DNA of 64,000 bases from an uncultured Planctomycetaceae bacterium (GCA_963815195.1 CAWFGE010000006.1:1-64000), one strand, 5' to 3'; positions 30,906 to 42,549 are shown, numbered from the stretch's first letter. A program made the numbers and translations. The notes: a model not told the origin generated them from the sequence alone.

Positions 30906-32485
30906 CTACTTCGCATCCGCGGTCGTCCACTCGCCGTCGATCAGCCGCCAGAGCTTTCCGGTCGGGTTTTCTTTCTGCAAAGCCGGCGGGAGGCGGTGGG
31001 GGCGGACGTTGTCGTAGGACCTTAGCATCGCGAATCGTTCAATCGCGCGAGGCATGCCGACGGCCGTGAATCCCGGATGGCCCGTCGCGGGGTAGGGTCC
31101 GCCGTGATTCATCGCATTGCTGACGGCGACGCCGGTGGGCATTTTGTCATTGAGCAACCGCCCAACCTTGAGTTCGAGCACCGGCGCGACCTTTTGGTAA
31201 AGCTCCTCATCTTCTCCCCCAGCGTGGCTGTAGATACAGCCCGTGAGGTTCCCTTCCAGATGCTTTAGGACCTCCACCAATTCGTCGGCGTTCTCTGCCA
31301 CCACGAATAGCGAGCCGTTTCCAAAGGCTTCCGTCTGCAGCTCGTACGGACTGGCGAGGAATTTCTGTCCCACGACGCGGAGCAGCGTGTTTTGATAAGA
31401 CACCCCGCGGCCGCCTCCGGGCCGGCCCCCCGCCACCAGTTCCGCTCCCGCGTTCTGGATCGCCTTAAGGCCGGCGGCAAAACTCTTTTGGACGCCCGCG
31501 TTGAGCAGTGTCCCCACCGGGGCCTTTCCGAACCGTTCGGCGATGTTTTGAATGAAACTTTCCGTCGATTCGCCCGCAAGCAGCAGGACCAGGCCCGGGT
31601 TGGTGCAGAATTGCCCCGTTCCCATCAGGCAGCTTCCGGTGAATTCCTCAGCCACCTGATCCGCGCGTTCTTCCAACGCCCCCGGCAATATCACCACCGG
31701 ATTGATGCTGGAGAGTTCGAGATAAATCGGTTTTCCCGCCCGGTCCGCGGCGCCTTTGAGCGCCAGTCCCGCGTGGCGGGAACCGGTGTAGCCCGTCGCC
31801 CCGATCTTGGGGTGTGAAACGAGCCTGGACCCGTCTTCGTGGCTAATGCGGTAGATTAACTGCACGAAGCCGGGGGGCATGTCCGTGGCGGCCGCGGCTT
31901 CGTGGGCGGCTTCCGCGAGGAGTTTTGTCGTGCCGGGATGCGACGGATGCCCCTTGGCGATCGCCGGATTCCCCGCCGCCACCGCCGCCGCGAAATCTCC
32001 GCCGCTGGCGCTATTGAATGCGAACGGAAAATTGTTCGGCCCCATGACGACCACCGGCCCCAACGGGCCGAGCATGGAATGGATGTTCGCTTTGGTGTCG
32101 AGCGTCGGGCGGGTCCAGGAACCCGTTCGCGCGGCGCCTGCCGCCTGCCGAAGCTGGTTCGTCGTCCGCGGCAGTTCGCCGTCTTTGAGCCGCGGCGAGA
32201 TGGCAAGCGCGGTTTCCCGATGCACAGGTCGACGAGCGCGTCGGTCCGTTTTTCAATGGCCGAGGCAAACGCTTCCAGAAACGCCGCAAACCGTTCGCCC
32301 GGCCAGTCCTTGACCTCGTGAAATGCCCGATGCGCCGCTTCGATGGCTGTTTCGATTTCGGGCCACGGGCTCACGGGATACGCTTCCGCAAAAGTCTCCT
32401 CCGTGGCGGGATTCACGGGCTGAAACGTTTCCGTCCCCGCGGAATCTCTCCACTCGCCGTCGATCAAAACCGGTTGCTTGCTCAT
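30906..32485 (-). CDS. Aldehyde dehydrogenase (NADP+, 2,5-dioxovalerate dehydrogenase-like; frameshift ~32225)
   Basis: GPNNFPFAF, KGHPSHP, YTGS, ELSSINP, GQFCTNPG and HGGPYPAT. Confidence 0.92.
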
Positions 32486-32630
32486 GGGGTTGTCTCCTCA
32501 TATTCCCGCGCACGTTTGCGGTTGATGGTTTGATGTGTGGGTCATTCTAACGGCGCAGCCGCAGCATGCCAAACCTGGCCAATTGCGACAGAGACAAAGG
32601 GTGTGTCGCCATTTAAGCCGACTCAAAACG

Positions 32631-32670
32631 AAAAACCGGAAGCCGCCCCAGACTGAAGGCGGCTCCCGGC
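32631..32670 (-). terminator. Rho-independent terminator
   Basis: Minus strand CCGGGAGCCGCC-loop-GGCGGCTTCCGG-TTTTT. Confidence 0.6.
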
Positions 32671-32698
32671 TCGGAGGATTATCCAACGACCGGCCGGA

Positions 32699-34531
32699 TC
32701 ACCGGTAGACGTTGAACTGCACGTTGAGTTCGCCGTCAAACGTGCGGTTAAAGCCGCTCCGCAGCGGAGCGACATAACCCACGGCCAAGGTCCCGGCATT
32801 CGCAACCTGAACCACTCCGCCCAGGGTGAGGTTCAAAATGTCGACGCGGTTGGCGAGGTTGCCGATGCGAGTTGGAGCTTCCTTTGTCGTGGCGTCGCCC
32901 GTAAGAAACAGGCTGGGCTGCGGTTGGAAGGTTACAATATCCGCGTTTTCCAAAGTGCTGGTGTAGTGGAGTTCCATCAGGGACGCTAGGCCGGTCACTC
33001 TTCGGGCCGCGGGATTGCGATACAGCCAATAGCCCCCGCCGATGTCCATTTGCAGAAGGCTTTGCCCGTTGATCTTCGCCTTCTGGCGAAACGTCCCTTC
33101 AGAACCATTCGGTCCAAAGACCATGCCGTTCGAATTGGTCGCAGTCGCATTGGGAAAAATGTCACGGGCGACAATGTCCGTGCGGGTTTCGCGATAATAG
33201 ACATCCGCGGAGTTAAGCGGGACATCCACTTGCATAAATCCGTTGACGAACGTCCGGTTCGTGGGTGTGGCGACCATTGCCAGGAAGGGAGCGACATCCC
33301 AAATCTGGTTTTTGACGGTAATGTCCCTGCGGCGCATGTTGGTCGCAATCCCATTCGGATCGAAGTCAACGAGGTCGAAAACCGATCCCGGCGGTTCAAA
33401 TAGTTGAGGATCGTCGTAGCTATCCACGATGGAGACTTTGACATCGGGCGCCGTTGGGGCCGTGACTCCCATGCCGCCGGACATCAAAAACCGGCGATCT
33501 TGCGAGATATACAGCACCCGCTTGAGGATGAAGCTCAAATCTTGGATTTGAGTGGCTGTAGCCCCTAACACATCGGTCCCCGGCGTGACCAATGGCGCCG
33601 CTCCGACGGGAACATTCACGGGAATGCCGGCGAAGCTTGTCAAGCCAGGACCGGCCCCGGTGCCGGGGACGGGCTGGCTCGCGATGAAATTCTGCCGGGC
33701 ACTTAAAGTTGTGGCAAACGGGATGCGCAGTTCCAGGGACGCCATCTGATCCCAGAAGGTTTTTTCAAACCCGAACGTATAAAAGTGGGCATTATAGCTT
33801 TTGGTGGCTGGGATCACTTGTTGAACCGGAATCCGCGCATTCGGATTCGTGGCCTCAAAATCCGGAAAATTTCCGACAGTTCTGCCATTGGGATCCGGGG
33901 CCGTTTTGTAACCCTGGACGGCGGTGGCGTTGTTAAAGAAGTTGTAGCGGAACGTGAAGCGGTCCCGCGGGATCGCCGAGTTGTTCTCGGCGACTTTCGA
34001 GTTTCGCAAGGTGGTGGAACCCGCGGTTAAAATCGGAGCGAAATCGCCGCCGCCGTTGTATTGAAAATTCACCGAGCGGAAGCCGCGCAGGAGGTCGCCC
34101 ATCATGTTCGGGACGCGGCCGAACGCGGTGTCCGGCGTCCCGAGCCCCGCCTGGGGCGTGCTCAACGACGCCAACTCCGGCGTCTCGGGCATCTCGGGCG
34201 TGGTGACGGGCGGGACCTGGTCGGGAGTCGTCGTGCTTGGAGTTTCCGGTTTTTCCGGTTTGACCGGTTTTTCGGGTGTTGACGGTTCCACCCACGGCGG
34301 AGGCTGCGGGCAGGGAGTCGTGGGAACTTGGCCCACGTGAGCGTGACCCGTGCCGCAAGGCATCGCGGCACACGAAGGATTCGATGCACAAGCGGTTCCC
34401 GGCGAGGGTTGTTGAGCAAAACTTGAACTTGGGCCGGCAGCGATTTGCGCTGCCAAAGCAGCCGCCAGCCCGACCCGTTTCCAAAACGACGGCATTGGAT
34501 TCCTCCATGAATGTGCGATGCGTGTATTCAA
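32699..34531 (-). CDS. Planctomycete secreted / putative outer-membrane beta-barrel protein
   Basis: Signal peptide, Pro-rich linker, PNMMGD, KVAENNSAIPRDRFTFRYNFF, FGFEKTF and an aromatic C-terminal strand VQFNVYR. Confidence 0.65.
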   Translation of the reverse strand: MNTRIAHSWRNPMPSFWKRVGLAAALAAQIAAGPSSSFAQQPSPGTACASNPSCAAMPCGTGHAHVGQVPTTPCPQPPPWVEPSTPEKPVKPEKPETPSTTTPDQVPPVTTPEMPETPELASLSTPQAGLGTPDTAFGRVPNMMGDLLRGFRSVNFQYNGGGDFAPILTAGSTTLRNSKVAENNSAIPRDRFTFRYNFFNNATAVQGYKTAPDPNGRTVGNFPDFEATNPNARIPVQQVIPATKSYNAHFYTFGFEKTFWDQMASLELRIPFATTLSARQNFIASQPVPGTGAGPGLTSFAGIPVNVPVGAAPLVTPGTDVLGATATQIQDLSFILKRVLYISQDRRFLMSGGMGVTAPTAPDVKVSIVDSYDDPQLFEPPGSVFDLVDFDPNGIATNMRRRDITVKNQIWDVAPFLAMVATPTNRTFVNGFMQVDVPLNSADVYYRETRTDIVARDIFPNATATNSNGMVFGPNGSEGTFRQKAKINGQSLLQMDIGGGYWLYRNPAARRVTGLASLMELHYTSTLENADIVTFQPQPSLFLTGDATTKEAPTRIGNLANRVDILNLTLGGVVQVANAGTLAVGYVAPLRSGFNRTFDGELNVQFNVYR

Positions 34532-34792
34532 TTACCCCGCAGGAGAAATGCGTGCAGCGGGGAGATTCGGCTTAGCGGAAGTGATCGGCATAATCCGGCT
34601 ATCTCCGTCGATCGGAATGACAGCTACGGGGTATATCTGACGAACAACCGCTTTAGAGTTCCGCATCTTCCTGCCAGGCAATCCCTAACGATTGCACCGC
34701 CTGCGCATCGGAAGGGTGCTAGGAATAAAACCAACGCCAGAGGCGCGCGGTGCGGAGTAAGGCAAGAGAAGCGGGCCGAGCCTTCAAACGGC

Positions 34793-37075
34793 TCATTTCG
34801 GGTTGAGGCTGCCTTCCAAGATCCGATGCAGTTGCCGGACCCGCTCCAGATCCACATCGACCGGGCGTTTTTCCAGGAGCCATTTCGTGTCTTCGTAGGC
34901 CGCCGGGATGCGGTCCGTCTGGAAGCGGAGCACGGCCCGGAACCAGCGGTACTCCGTGTTCTCCGCATCGATCGCCGCCATCGTTTCCACGTACCGCAGC
35001 ATCGTTTCCGGATCGCCGGCATCGCGGGCGACATTCATCAGATTGCTCAGCATGCGAACCAAGATTTCCTTCGAAGTCTGGCTCCGCAAGACATCCGCAT
35101 CGAACGGCCGGCCGGTGTTTTGCTCCACCAACTGCACCGCTTCGTCGCGGGACATCTTCTCCCCGCGGTGAAACGGATCGATCAACTGCCCCGGCCCCTG
35201 TTTCGGTTCGTGCCGGACGATAAAATGCCCCGGCAGGCCCACGCCGACCACCTTCACGTCCAACCGCTTCGCGAGTTCCATGTAAAGCACCGACAGCAAA
35301 ATCGGCAAGCCTTCGCGGTCGTCCAGAACCTCGTTGAGATAGCTGTTGGACTTGCTGTAGTAGTTGGTCCGGCTGCCGTGAAAGCCCATTTGCTCGAACA
35401 GATACTTATCCAATGCGGCGAGCCTTTGTTCGTCGGTGGGTTCCTTCCGGCCGGCGAGGTTTTTGCGAATCTCCGCGATCATCTGCGCGGACTGTTGGAG
35501 ATACGCGGGCACGTCGACTTCTTCGTTGTCCAGCCAGGCGATGTAAAGGGCCGCCTTCAACAGGTCCACCTCTTCGCCGCCTTTTTGCATCAGTTGGACC
35601 AATTCCCGCCGCACGCGGGTTTCGTGAACCTGCCGGGCGAGTTGCCGAAGCCGCTTCGCCGTTTGCTCCAACCGCTGGGCTTCCTCTTCCAACACGGTCG
35701 TCGCCATCGCGGCATCGGGAAGCAGTTTTTCCGCCAGGTCGGCCGCAGGCGGCTGCTCGGGAGGAATGTTCGCAACGGCGTCCCGGATCCGCTTGACCGC
35801 CGCCTCCGACGGTCGGCTCGGCGGGATGGTTTCCGCCACCTGAAAGTTCTTGAACTCGGCCTCGGTTTCGCGGAACTTCGCCAGACCGACGAGTCCCGTC
35901 TCGTAGCGGTCGTCCTTGGATTCAATCGCCAGCTGATCGTTGATGAAGCATTGGATGCGGTCGGCTTCGACGCGGACTTTCAGCGTGTTCCATTCGCCGG
36001 GGCGGTAGTGCGGGCTCTTGACCTGCTCGAGCACCTGCCAGGAAAACACGTCCGGCCCGTCGAACCGGCTGAACCGCAGGCTGCCGTCGCTCGGATAAAA
36101 CCCGTAATGCCGATTTTTGCCGTCGGCGTGGATCACGAGACCCGCGGCCCCCTCTTCGGACTCCAAGCGAACCGCGACCGCCACCTCGAACGGCAGCTTG
36201 GGCGGCTTTTCCGTCTGGAGCGCCAACGAACGCCCGCCGAAGCCGTCGCCCCGGCCCTCGACGAGAATCCGCCCCGCCCGCTGCCTCCAGTTGGCTCCGA
36301 ACAGGGTTTGCCACTCGCCCGCGTTGAGCCGGCCGATGGTCAGCCAGCGGGAAATCGGGATCGGGTTGGGGCGTTCGACGAGCGGTTTGAGCGCGTTGCT
36401 TTCGACCGCGAAGCCCAGGTTCCGCGTGACGAGCGATTTCATCGTGAGGATCCCGTGCACGCGGCCGAAGCGGTCCAAAAGCGGCCCGCCGCTGTTGCCC
36501 TGCTCGATGGGGATCGCGAGTTGGATCATCGGTTTGCCGTCGATTTCCCGCCGGCCGGAGACCACGCCTTTGACCACGCTGAACTTGAGCCCCTGCGGAT
36601 TTCCGAAAGCGACGACATCCTCGCCTTGCTTGAGCGCCTGAGAATCGCCCAGGGGCAGCGGCGTCAAATCTTTCGAGGCGATTTTGAGAATGGCGAGATC
36701 CATCGCCTGATCGGTGGCGTGGATTTGCGTGACGGAATGCCGGGTGCCGTCGGCCGTCTGCACGAAGATCGGCCGGGCTTCGCCGATGACATGCAGGTTG
36801 GTGGCGATCAAGCCGTCGCGCGAAATCACAAACCCGCTGCCGAGGCCGAGGGTTTTATGATCCCGCCCGGTGAAGGAGACCACGACCACGGATTTCCGCA
36901 CGAGTTCGGTGAGGTTCTCCACGCTTAAGGGTTCGCCCGTTTCGCCGGTGGCTGCCGCGGACGGTTTTGCCCGCTCCGCCACCGCGGGCTCTGGGGCATC
37001 CGCGAAAACTCCGCCGGGCGAAATCGCACCCGCCGCGAGCAAACCCAGCCAACAATAAACCGCTTTTTGAAACAT
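34793..37075 (-). CDS. Trypsin-like serine protease fused to a beta-sandwich (DUF1080-like) and a SirB1/transglutaminase-like TPR domain
   Basis: TNLHVI, DLAIL and GNSGGPL triad, WNTLKV, and NSYLNEVLDDREGLPILLSVLY...GVGLPGHFIV. Confidence 0.85.
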   Translation of the reverse strand: MFQKAVYCWLGLLAAGAISPGGVFADAPEPAVAERAKPSAAATGETGEPLSVENLTELVRKSVVVVSFTGRDHKTLGLGSGFVISRDGLIATNLHVIGEARPIFVQTADGTRHSVTQIHATDQAMDLAILKIASKDLTPLPLGDSQALKQGEDVVAFGNPQGLKFSVVKGVVSGRREIDGKPMIQLAIPIEQGNSGGPLLDRFGRVHGILTMKSLVTRNLGFAVESNALKPLVERPNPIPISRWLTIGRLNAGEWQTLFGANWRQRAGRILVEGRGDGFGGRSLALQTEKPPKLPFEVAVAVRLESEEGAAGLVIHADGKNRHYGFYPSDGSLRFSRFDGPDVFSWQVLEQVKSPHYRPGEWNTLKVRVEADRIQCFINDQLAIESKDDRYETGLVGLAKFRETEAEFKNFQVAETIPPSRPSEAAVKRIRDAVANIPPEQPPAADLAEKLLPDAAMATTVLEEEAQRLEQTAKRLRQLARQVHETRVRRELVQLMQKGGEEVDLLKAALYIAWLDNEEVDVPAYLQQSAQMIAEIRKNLAGRKEPTDEQRLAALDKYLFEQMGFHGSRTNYYSKSNSYLNEVLDDREGLPILLSVLYMELAKRLDVKVVGVGLPGHFIVRHEPKQGPGQLIDPFHRGEKMSRDEAVQLVEQNTGRPFDADVLRSQTSKEILVRMLSNLMNVARDAGDPETMLRYVETMAAIDAENTEYRWFRAVLRFQTDRIPAAYEDTKWLLEKRPVDVDLERVRQLHRILEGSLNPK

Positions 37076-37187
37076 CAAGGCATCTCCCGAGGCGGAAGCG
37101 ATCACAACGAATGGCTTTTCTATCGTAACCGGAAGACCCGCGAAGAAAACAGAGCGAGGCTTCATCTGTCTTTTGGCGGCCCCGGCA

Positions 37188-37283
37188 TGTTTCACAGAAA
37201 CAGGTACGAATTTGGGTGGCACGCCCTGAGGAACGAAGGGCGTGGTCCGGGCGATCGCCGCGCCCTTCGCTGCGCTGTGCCAC
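37188..37283. repeat. REP/MITE-like element, copy 2
   Basis: TGTTTCACAGAA..GGTACGAA.TTGGGTGGCACGCCCTGAGGAACGAAGGGCGTGGTC shared with 51968-52072. Confidence 0.8.
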
Positions 37284-37424
37284 TCCATCCGCGGGAGGAA
37301 AACAGAGCGCGGCTACGTCGGCCGGCCGCCGCGGCGGGATCGCCGTTGACCTCGGCAGTTGGCGGGGCGATAATTTGGGCGGAGAGGAATGATCTTGCGA
37401 TCCCCGTCACGGAGCTTTCTGTTT

Positions 37425-37802
37425 ATGTCGCGCCGGCTGTCAGCTTCCCGTTCCTCACGGCCACCCGCCGCGACGACGGACCAGACGTTTGAAGTCGTTT
37501 GCTCCTGCGGCGAAACGCTGGGCGGCCCGCGCCGGCCGGAGCCTCAAACACTTTCCTGCCCGCGGTGCAAAGCTCCGCTGTTTGTGCTGCCTCGGGATTG
37601 TTACGCCGGAACCGCTCCCGAGCGATCGCTTCGCAAACGAAATCCGGACGCTCGCTCCAAGGGAGGACTGATCGAAAAACTCAATCGGCTCGCGTTTTGG
37701 ACCCGCCTCCGCGAAGGCCGCCTGACCCTCGGGGGCCAACTGGCCAGGTCGGTCCAGCGTTTGGGAGAATGGGTGAAACGGCGATTTTCCGCGGGACAGT
37801 GA
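37425..37802 (+). CDS. Zn-ribbon hypothetical protein
   Basis: FEVVCSCG...CPRCKAPLFVLP. Confidence 0.6.
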   Translation: MSRRLSASRSSRPPAATTDQTFEVVCSCGETLGGPRRPEPQTLSCPRCKAPLFVLPRDCYAGTAPERSLRKRNPDARSKGGLIEKLNRLAFWTRLREGRLTLGGQLARSVQRLGEWVKRRFSAGQ

Positions 37803-37953
37803 ATTTCTCGGGCGGAAGATTTCGATCTCGTTTTGGAACGAATTCTCGTCTATGATTTCCCGATGAGATTTTGGCGAACCGCGCAGTTTTCCGAAGAGAG
37901 AAAACCGCCGGAAAGCCTTCATTCATTCTATTGTCCGCACGAAAGGTGAGTGC

Positions 37954-39623
37954 GTGTCGCCTAACGATCATTCCGCCTACGCCAAAACGGTCGAGATGCC
38001 CTCGAACGTCGAGACGCCGGACAATCTCGATTCGGCGGCCCGCCGGCGGCACCCGCTGGTCGCCTTGGTCGAAGGCAGCCTGCCCCATTACAGCGGGGAA
38101 ATCAACGACCTGCTCCGCGACCGCCTGCGGACGGCTTCGCTGCTGCTGTTCGCGGGCTATTTGAGTTTCTTCATCAAGAACCTGTTTTCGCTGGAGCGGT
38201 TTCAAACGGGGCTGGACCGGGTGCTGTTCTGGGAGCACTTCGGCATCACGGTCGTGACGGGCATCGTCGGACTCCGGCTGTGCATGCGCTGCCGGCACAT
38301 GCTCGCCCATTTGCGGATCGTGGAAAGCATCGTCTTCGGCGGCTCGGCGGCGTTCTTCGCCTGCTTGAGTTACGCCATGCTCGAGAACTCCGCCCGCGAA
38401 GGTTATCTGCTCTCCATCGCCCCGATCTGGATGATTTTAATTTTCACTTACGCGATCTACATCCCCAACACGTGGCGGCGGGCGAGCCTCGTGATCGGCG
38501 GGATGGGACTGACGGCGATTCTCGTCCAGTTGGGGGCGTGGATCTTTTCCGGCGACGTCCGGAAACTGGTTCAGAAAAACGAAGATTTCCAGCGGATGAT
38601 GCTGGAGGACCCGATGGTGCTGGTGTTGTCCGGCGTCATTGCGGTCTGGGGCGTGCGGACGATCGGCCGCCTCCGCCGGCAAGCCTTCGAGGCTAAGCAA
38701 CTCGGACAATACCGCTTGAAGCAAAGGCTCGGCGCGGGCGGGATGGGGGAAGTGCATCTCGCCGAGCATGTGCTCCTCAAACGCCCCTGCGCCTCAAGCT
38801 GATCCATCCCGACAAAGCCGGCAACCCGAACACGCTCGCCCGGTTCGAGCGCGAGGTGCAGGCCACCGCCAAGCTCTCGCATTGGAACACGGTCGAGATT
38901 TTCGATTACGGCCGCACCGGCGACGGCACGTTTTACTACGTGATGGAATACCTGCCGGGGCTGAACCTCCAGCAGTTGGTGGAGATGTTCGGGCCGCTGC
39001 CGGCGGAGCGGGCGATCCATCTGTTGATGCAGACCTGCGACGCCTTGAGCGAAGCCCACGCGAAAGGACTGGTCCATCGGGACATCAAGCCAGGCAATAT
39101 ATTCGCGGCCAACCGGGGCGGCGTGTTCGACGTGGCGAAGCTTCTGGATTTCGGTTTGGTCAAGCCGATCGCAGATGTCAACGATTCCGCCGTCACCCAG
39201 GAAGGCATGATCGCCGGTTCGCCGCTGTTTCTCTCGCCCGAGCAAGCCACCGCCGATGCCGTGGACGCCCGGAGCGACATTTATTCGCTGGGGGCGACGG
39301 CGTATTATCTGCTCACCGGCCACGCGCCGTTCGAGGATGTGAAGCCCATCAAGATCCTCATGGCCCACGCCAGCCAAAAACCCGCCCCGCCTTCCTCGCT
39401 TCGGCCGGATGTTCCCGTGGATCTGGAGCGGGTCGTCATGCGCTGCCTCGCCAAGCTGCCGAGCGAGCGCTACGACTCGGCCAAAGCCCTGCGGACCGCT
39501 CTCTCCGAATGTGCGGCCGCCGGTTTGTGGACCCGCGAAAACGCCTCCAACTGGTGGCTGGACTTCGGCTGCCCCCAGAAAAAGCAACTCGACGCCGAGG
39601 TCCTGGCGGCCTGCGGCGTGTGA
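37954..39623 (+). CDS. Membrane Ser/Thr kinase with ~6 TM helices (frameshift ~38790)
   Basis: LGQYRLKQRLGAGGMGEV, then HRDIKPGN, LLDFGLVK, GSPLFLSPEQ and SDIYSLG. Confidence 0.92.
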
Positions 39624-39680
39624 AATTCCGGAATCGAATTGTCAAAAGCTGGCCCGTCCGCGGTACAATCGAAGCGTTGA

Positions 39681-40622
39681 TTGCAGAGCGAGCTCTCTTG
39701 CGAAACTGAAACACACGCCGCAACGGTTCCAGCAGCAACGGGTCAAAACGTGAACTTTTTTCTTTCATACCGCCGGGACGACAGTGCGGCCATCACGGGG
39801 CGAATTTACGACCGGCTGACGGCGAAGTTTGGAAGAGACGCCGTGTTCATGGATGTCGATGCGATTCCCCTGGGCATCGATTTTCGCGACCACATCCGCG
39901 AGGCGGTCTCCCAATGCGATGCCTTCCTGGCCGTGATCGACAACTTGTGGAATGGATCACCGGACACAAACGAACGGCGTTTGGACAATCCCAGCGACTT
40001 CGTTCGCGTGGAATTGGAAACCGCGATGGCCTTGGACATTCCGATCATTCCCATCCTGATCGGGCAAACTTCCATGCCTCGACCCAGCGAGTTGCCCGCC
40101 TCACTGGAAGCATTCGCCTATCGCAACGCGGGGCGAGTGGATGTTGGACGAGATTTTCACGCGCACATGGATCGGATCATTGACCACTTGGACAAAGGGA
40201 TCCGCATGAAACCCTCGGTCGAATCAACGTCACCTGCTCCGGACGTTCATGCATACACAACCCAGTTCACGGGCGCTCCTCCCGCTTTAATTCTCTTGGA
40301 AATGGAATCTTCGTCCTCTGAAGGAGGCCGATATTCGTTCGACGCCTCAAAGGATCGACGGATCATTATTGGCCGGCATCCAGAATGCGATTTGCCTCTG
40401 GACGAAAAGGGCGCGTCGAGAAAGCACGCAATGATTCTCTATGATCTGACGTACGGATGGATCCTCCAAGACTTGGCTTCCAGAGGCGGGGTTTACCTGA
40501 ACGGGAATCGGACGGAGAAAGCCGGACTGAATGTCGGCGACCGCATTCGCATCGGGGAGACGGAAATCAAGGTCGTTAACATCTGGGGAACTTTAGGCGC
40601 CGCTTGGAATCACGATCGATGA
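39681..40622 (+). CDS. TIR domain-FHA domain fusion protein (start may be GTG 39750)
   Basis: TIR: FLSYRRDDS, VFMDVDAIPLG, DFVRVELETA, IIPILI. FHA: IIGRHPECDL, ASRKHA, QDLASRGGVYLNG, GDRIRIG. Confidence 0.9.
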   Translation: MQSELSCETETHAATVPAATGQNVNFFLSYRRDDSAAITGRIYDRLTAKFGRDAVFMDVDAIPLGIDFRDHIREAVSQCDAFLAVIDNLWNGSPDTNERRLDNPSDFVRVELETAMALDIPIIPILIGQTSMPRPSELPASLEAFAYRNAGRVDVGRDFHAHMDRIIDHLDKGIRMKPSVESTSPAPDVHAYTTQFTGAPPALILLEMESSSSEGGRYSFDASKDRRIIIGRHPECDLPLDEKGASRKHAMILYDLTYGWILQDLASRGGVYLNGNRTEKAGLNVGDRIRIGETEIKVVNIWGTLGAAWNHDR

Positions 40623-40755
40623 GTTGGATTACGGTGTCCGGCGCCTCCAAAGTCGCCCCGGCCGTTGAAGAGGTGTTGATGACCGGCCTCCGCAAACGGC
40701 TCAACGCAGCGCTGGAAGCCAGTCGCTGACGCGCGCCATCCGCCGCGGTCTTGGA

Positions 40756-42308
40756 TCAGTCGTTGACGATTTCGAGGAGTTTCTTAAATTGCTCGGCGGC
40801 TTCTTTCTCCATCTGCTTCTTGTTCTTCTGAGTTTGCTCGATCATCCAGCGGAGGTCCTCGGCCAGCCGGCGGTCGTATTCCAATATCCGGAGCTTTTCC
40901 ATCTCCGCCTTCAGTGCGAGCAGTTTTTTTGCGCGGGCGATTTGGGTTCCGCGTTCTTGATCAAGCATTCGATAAAAATCAAATTCACGTCCGGGGGCCG
41001 CTTCGTATCGATCCGCTCGAAGATCTGCTTTTGAAACTCTTGCGACGCGGCCTCCTTTTTGAGTGCCGAGGCGACCAGCTCCAGGATCAGCGGATCTTCA
41101 TCCGACATGAGCAACTCTTTTAGCCAAGGCTGCGAAACGTTCGGTTGGCGAAGCACATCTTGGAGGGCATGGCCCGCTTCGATGCAGAGCACAGGATCGT
41201 AATCGTGCAGCGATGTCCGCAGAACGTCCATGAGTTCCTCCGGGACGTTGCCGCGGCGGCCCAGACCGGCTATCACGGCCAATCGCAGCGTGGCATATTC
41301 GCGCTGGCGGAACAATTTTAGAAGCTCGGCGGAATATGGCCCGGGATAGCTCAGCCCGGCAACGCGGTCGGCCAACTGCTTGATGGAGAAATCTTTCGGA
41401 GCGGCCGACGCCAACGCCGCAACCTTCCGGGCGTCGGAGCCGGAATATTCCAAGCCTTCAATGGCGTTTTGCCGCTCCCGATCGCGGCTGCCGAAGGCCA
41501 CCGGGACGAACGCCTGCGCGATCGGTTTGGGAGGGAACTGTTCGCCGTAACGCTGAAACAGTTCCCGGGCATCATAGTCCCCCAATTCCATCAGGTGAAC
41601 GATCTTGTCAAATTGCCGGTGCTCGATCAGCGGATGCGCGAGATCCTTTCGCGGAGGCGGCGGCGGAACGAACGGGGGCGGATACGGTCTTGGAAAAACA
41701 AACCGTGCGCTCCCGTCCTCTCCGTCGCCAATTCGATCGATTCGCGCGTAGATCGGGGCTTCCGTTTGGCGGATGTGTTTTTTGAGTTCCTCTGCCGTCA
41801 ACACGTCGTTCTCGCCGGGCGGTCTGACGTTGAGCGACTTCCGCAAGAGCCAATCGTCCGGGTTCGCGAGGAGCACATCCACCGCCGACCCCTCCTCGGG
41901 CAAAATGGACGACAGCGTCACCGCGTGAATCCATTTCAGATCGGGATCGGTTTCGGCGGCGACGCCGTTTCGCAAATTGTGCGCTGCGACCACTCGCGTG
42001 ACGTAAGGCAGCCGGGCGAGTTGCTCGGACGCCTGCCGACGGACCGCCGGATTGGGATTCATCAACTCCCGATCCAACGCGATCGCGATCTCCACCTGCC
42101 GAGGCAAGATGCCGAGGTCTTGGATGTCTCTCCACGCCTTTGCGGCGACGGTTTTCTGCGGGGCCTTTTTGATGCGGTTCATCAGTTGCCGAATTTCCCG
42201 CTGCCGAGCGATCGCCTGCTGGGCCGGAGGTTCGTCCGCTTGGGCTGCGGACCGCGCCGCGCCCGGCAATGTGATCGTCAGCAAAATCAGAAAGGGAATG
42301 CGAAACAT
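40756..42308 (-). CDS. Secreted HEAT-repeat-like protein (frameshift in the T7 run ~40925)
   Basis: Signal peptide, NPAVRRQASEQLA and LHDYDPVLCIEAGHAL. Confidence 0.6.
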
Positions 42309-42470
42309 AGGAGCCTCCCTGTCGAATCGACGGCCGGGATCGGGCGCACGCAGAAATGCACGAGACGCCGGCGTTTGGGAATGGGTTCAGCATACGCCGG
42401 ATCGCGCCGATCCGCCAGAGGAATCGCGAATCGCATCCACAGGGAAATCGCACATAACCCGCAAAGCCTT

Positions 42471-42499
42471 TTGGCTTTCCCGGCGCGGTGCGGTATAAT
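42471..42499 (+). promoter_or_regulatory. Sigma70-type promoter of the STAS gene
   Basis: TTGGCT-N17-TATAAT. Confidence 0.55.
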
Positions 42500-42549
42500 C
42501 TCATAGGAGGCGGGCGGTTCTGTTTGCGAAGTCTGTTGAGGTTGGCGAT

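Noticed and set aside
34511..36928. 805-aa plus-strand ORF
   Set aside because: It is the antisense shadow of the protease gene in high-GC DNA and has no recognisable motifs.
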